This document shows positions 58,826 through 64,000 of a stretch of 64,000 nucleotides of DNA, piece after piece (the stretch's first letter is position 1; each line of letters starts with the position of its first letter). Location of the stretch: positions 229,159,741-229,223,740 of the forward strand of contig CM041465.1 of assembly GCA_023213395.1 (NCBI GenBank). Reading direction: 5' to 3'. The translations under genes were made by a program, and so were the position numbers. This DNA comes from Cycas panzhihuaensis. Taxonomy: Eukaryota > Plantae > Cycadophyta. The notes beneath the pieces are model-generated. The model saw nothing but the letters and a program-made list of their open reading frames with translations, was not told the DNA's origin and did no database searches.

Positions 58826-61539
58826 TGTTATAATGTAATGTTTTATCTAAGATCTTAAATAAATATCTATATTTGTATCTTTGTGTAACTAAAGGGCACA
58901 TGTTAGTTTATCATGTTTCAGTTACAAGTTAGTTCAAGGGGAGTTACAAGCCCTAAATGTATTTAATCACTAGTACTCCTAATAATATTCATCCAAGTAT
59001 TATTCATCTATCATTTTAGTGTTAATCTAATGGGTTTATGGGATGAAACATGAAAAAGAAATCAGACCATGAGATATACCTACTTGTGGGTAAGTTAGTG
59101 GGGACTCTTTACTAACGCATGTGAGAGGTCTAGATATTCTTACATATAATTCTAATAAGCCTCTCATATTCCTAAAGGTAAATAGAAAGAGAAGTAAATT
59201 GTCTCAATAAGATGAATAATAGTCACTCAATTATTCTAACCACATATAGTTAGGATAATCGCCCACTACTAAATCACATGAAACATGATGAAGACAACCC
59301 AACCTCCAGTACAAGACTATCCTTACTTCATCGTTGATGAAACAGATTGAAATTTACATAGTCCCTCCTTGAGAATAGGCATGTAACTATGTGTTTTTTA
59401 ATTGTAATATACACAACATCAAAGCCTAACTAGATGAGATAACCTATGATCCATAGGTTTGGGGACTCATGATAATGTGTGTAATTCATAAACCAACTAG
59501 ATATTCCAATGCAAGCAAACCTTCAAATAACCCTTTCTTTTTTATTTCTTTTTAAATTTTATTTAAGGACCTAATTAGGATAAAAAGAGAAAAAAGAAGA
59601 GGTATAAAAGAGATATGAGATTGATGTAAAAATACAAAAGTAGCCACATACTTCTCCATGCTTCATGCTCTAAGATTAATGCATAAATATACAAGCAAGC
59701 AAGTATCTCTCTATGCTTTGTTTCTCAAAATGAGATATAAGGAGATAAGAGGCCTTTTCTCTTTATTTTAAAGTAACAAAACATAAAACAAAAGGTTCCT
59801 TTCTCTTTTGGTTTTGGTAAGATTAAATATAAAATTGATAAAGAAAAAGGAGTTAGGAATTCACCTTCTAGCACATTTTTTAATTCCTCATCTTATTTGC
59901 TTTTTCTTACTTAGGTTTAAATGGCTAGCATTTCCCCTACTCTATAAGCAGTTTTTGATTGGTAGGAATGGACATGAGAACTCTAGGTTGTAAACATTGC
60001 TATATATAAAGAAATAGGTATTCCAGGCTTCCTTAATCTACACAATTAGTTGATGAATGGAAACTATAATATATTATAGTAAATTAAATGCTAACTAAAA
60101 ATTGATAACATTAAATCCTTTCAAGAAATTTTAGGTACAAAGAAGCCTCAAAAATAGCTAATCAACACCATAAATAATGAAATTAACTCCCTAATTCTCC
60201 ATGGGCACCTTTAGGGGGGAAAAATATAGTTAGAGAAGAAAAAACCATGTTAAAAGGAGATCAATCATATGAAAATTAGTAAATAAATTAAAAAATAGTC
60301 AAATAGAACGAGTTGTAAAAATGGTTGAAAACATATGATTTAGTGGGTTTTGCCATAGATTTGCCATGGTAGTAGGCTCTTTAGTTCTCATCTCTAGTGG
60401 TCCAAGTTATTCCTAACATGAAACCAACATCTTCTTCCTCCAATTAGCTCTATAATCAAATCAACATAAACACATAAAAGTAAATAAGAATATTGATAAT
60501 ATTTTGACAACACTTCTTTATAGAAATTATTCTCCCCTTATCCATGGAATGGAAGGGCATTTATGGAAGGTTCCTACGTGGTTTAGGGCCTATGGGTTTG
60601 ATTAAAACTATGGGTGTAGCCCATGGCTTTTCCAATGGGTTTATTAGAGATATTACTCCCATTGCTAGGATTACTTCTACTATGGATGTATTTGGAGATG
60701 TATTTACTCCCTAACTACTAACTCTATGGGGAAATTAACATCTCAATCACTTTTGACTTATAGTATAATAAATTCCCCCTAAATAACATATAAAATGGTT
60801 GGATGTAAGTTGAAAAAGTTTTGAATTTTATTACAAAATTTTGCTATCTATAAAATCACACAGCTTAGTTGCGACAAGCTGTAATAATCTATAACAATTT
60901 GTGATAAACTATGACAACCTGTGACATAGAAAATATTATCAACTTAAAATGGTCATAAATTTTATACTTGATGCCTATTTTTGGACTTCTGCCTATTATT
61001 TTGAAGCTATTGACATGCTACACAAGTTGATATAAGTCTCTCATGCTCAAATGAGGCCAATAAAAAGAACCCCTTGAAATTATGACATATCTCACCTTTT
61101 ATCACCTTTAATACCACTTTAACTTTAAATTATCATATCTCCCTTATCTATTAGTTGTTTTAAGCCTAGTATCACTTGTTTTACATGTAATCATGGAGAT
61201 ATATACAATGGGATTAGTAAAATGGCAAATTGCATTCAAATTAAAAGTTAAAATTTTAAAATAAGGTATGAAATTCCTTTAAAAAAAGGTAAAAAATGAG
61301 AAAAATGAAGGTAGAAAAAGGCGCTCAAGGAGCCCATGGTATGCCTGGGAGCTATTTCTCATCAAATAGGGCTCAAATACATGATTCTTGTTATTCTCAT
61401 AATAGATAGATTATCATAAGCAAAGTACATAGATACCTATCTCTAAATAGAAGGCAAACATTAGTATGCATATACATCCAAAACATGAAATTAATTAAAA
61501 TGTAAATGACAAATGCATACCACTCTTACCTTTATTTTG

Positions 61540-64000
61540 ATAGAGTATCAAAATTTTCATTTTTAGGAAATAACTATTCCTTTATAATTTTATCATTATA
61601 TTGCATTAAAAGGTCCCTCATCCTATGTTCAACAGCATCCCATAGTTAATTTAATACATGAAGTCCTTAATTCCAAATTCTTTATAAGAGAAATATCAAT
61701 CCCATTTTAGACCCTTCATTCAAATCCCAATTCTCACCTAGTTTCTTCCCTTGTAAAATCTTCTTCTCATAAATATATTGTATATCACCTTCTATTTTCT
61801 TTTTACTAAGCTTAATCTCTTAGTTTAAATTTTATTCATTTATATTATAAAGCTTTATCACTTTTATCTCCTCCTCCCAAGTTGCCTTATAAGCAATATT
61901 ATTTTCTATCATCTTTTTTTTTTATATAATGATTTGACTTTTCTAGGATCCTTATCAAAAGCCCTTTTTTATAAAGAACACCTATCCCTTATCCCTTATT
62001 CGTCGCTTATAAAACATTTATCTCCTACGTTTTCTTATAAATCCTTTATTGTTCACCTTGTTCACCTTGTATTACCTATTCCATCCATATCCTTATCTAC
62101 AAATCACTCATATTTATTGCTTATCCATACCCCATCTCTATAGAATATTTGATCTACTTTGATATACCATATTAATACTGTGTATAAACAAAATATATAT
62201 CAACCATTAATATGTTCATCAATATGTGGAATAATCATATAATCAATTAATAATATAATAGATAATAAGGGAAATAAAAAATGTTAATCATAAAACCATA
62301 AATATAATACAATGTTGAATATAGAAATCTATAAATAAGAAAAACCACCTCTAAAATCATGTATGAGATCTTATATTAGAAAACCATAACAATTCATCTA
62401 GCCTCATAAAGAAAGCTAGGTGATCTATTTTTTCTTACAATATATATGCCCTTATATACTTGTATTATCTCATCATCAACCAATGATATTTCAACATTAA
62501 ATTAAATATTGCATTGAGTATTCTTAAATTCAATATTTTAGCACTCCTATTTAATGTTTAATTTATGAAACTTCTTAATGCCTTCATAATTAAAGAATCA
62601 TGTATAATATCTCACTTACCTTTATCCTCATATCACTTGTATCAATAAACCAAACTCATATTTATGCTTATTCTCTTATAAAAAAATATCATATAATTTT
62701 TTTCACCACTTGTAAATCATTAAGTAAATATGACTCAAACTGATCATTTTATATGAAGTCTAGCCTCAATAACTTGATATCTTCTACGTGTAAACTATGA
62801 AATAATATTATCAATTTATCAATATACTAAATTATTAATATCCATATAAGACAAAAATTATCTACTAAAATGCATGGGTAACTAGACATTATAATCATTA
62901 GTTGACTAGAAAGTGTTTCTTGTACGTGGTTTATCAACTTCATTAAGAAAAATAATATACCTTAAAAATAAGTTAAATTACTTAACTAAACAAATATGAT
63001 GTAACAAAAGTAGAGTTGAATCTTCTTTCACCTCTTAGCTTATGAGATAGGGGATAACTCATGTGTTATCCCCTATTAATAATTTTGCATGGCTAACCCT
63101 TATAGGTTTCTTTGGTGACTAATCTCTTTCATTCATCTCATCAAACTAACATACTCTATAAACATGGCATACCACTTAGCCCATCAAGTTTATTACAATA
63201 AAGTAGCATATATAATATGTTCCACACCACTTTTCATACGTGGTTATTAGATTTCTAACTGAAAACATATATTTAGTTAGACTCCTAAATAGTTGATTCT
63301 AATTTTAAGGATAACCTATAAGCATTATTGCCAATCAATTTTTTATATAAATAATCTTATAAGATCTCTCATCATCTCATATTAGGTAGGTAACTCTAAA
63401 TATTCTTTATCAAATAATATTCGTTTAATCATTTTAGGTGGTATCAAATGTGCTTCTCATTCATTTGACCAAATTAGATGATCTTTCATCTTTTTATTAA
63501 CTTTTCATCACCATTCAATTAATATGTGTCTTATAATAGGTATTCAAACATTAAATTTATTCATTCTTCTTCTTAGGGGATTAATAATTTCATGTTGAAC
63601 ATATAAATATATCTTCTTTGTTTTTATAAAAAATAAGTTCTCATATGTACTTACTAATATTTGAAATTAAGCTTTAATTTGTAATAAATGAGCCTTAAAT
63701 GTCTTTTTTTTTTTTCATCAAAAATGTATATCCATTTATCAACATGCATCCATATACATCTAGGAACCCTCAAGATCATCAAGTAATGCTAAAATGTGTT
63801 TCAAAAGTCTCAATTAACATGCCAAAATTTATTTACTTAAACATCATTAATTAAAATATCTATAATACAACATCCAAATTATGGCTTATAATTGCTCATT
63901 TTGCCTATCTTTAAGTTTTTATTCTAACAATTTAGATGAAACTTAAATCTAATATCATATTGAAAAGTTATGCTCAAAATAATGTCATTATATTATTAAA
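61540..64000 (-). mobile_element. Highly eroded Helitron RepHel (Rep and Rep-helicase linker) fossil
   Basis: Ordered, frameshift-broken motif remnants: EGS*MYM (~63750-63770), FIT (63680-63688), PRMKSGV (63223-63243), SG.(P)VYR (~63155-63177), GDNT*VIPY (~63047-63073), DDEIIQVYKGIYI..EAR*..YGF (62380-62477), G*VFFIK.LL (~61950-61988), TWEE (~61875), GSKMGLIF...*LWD (61637-61716). Recognised by eye only. Confidence 0.6.

Overview
This is 64 kb of very AT-rich, CpG-poor land-plant intergenic or intronic DNA; a large gymnosperm-type genome is my inference. It consists almost entirely of nested, decayed transposons. I found no intact host gene, RNA gene or CRISPR array. Five elements have paired LTRs and 5-bp TSD candidates: Copia A 13158-20486 (-); Copia B 23168-36427 (-), inserted in an older Copia C; a Reina-like chromovirus Gypsy 27855-33938 (-), inserted in B; a non-autonomous Copia-derived element F 46505-50658 (+); and an internally deleted Copia D 53321-56056 (+), inserted in Copia E. 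Partial elements are Copia-1 (1-3816), a gag-only TR-GAG-like element (~8342-9370), a second Gypsy (~37870-43100) whose RT is split by a 1.2-kb quasi-palindromic compound microsatellite, two RNase H fragments, and a heavily eroded Helitron Rep fossil (~61540-64000, -) that the ORF track misses. All polyprotein frames are broken, mostly by C>T/G>A transitions (CAA>TAA, TGG>TAG/TGA). Everything was read by eye; no alignments or database searches were run.
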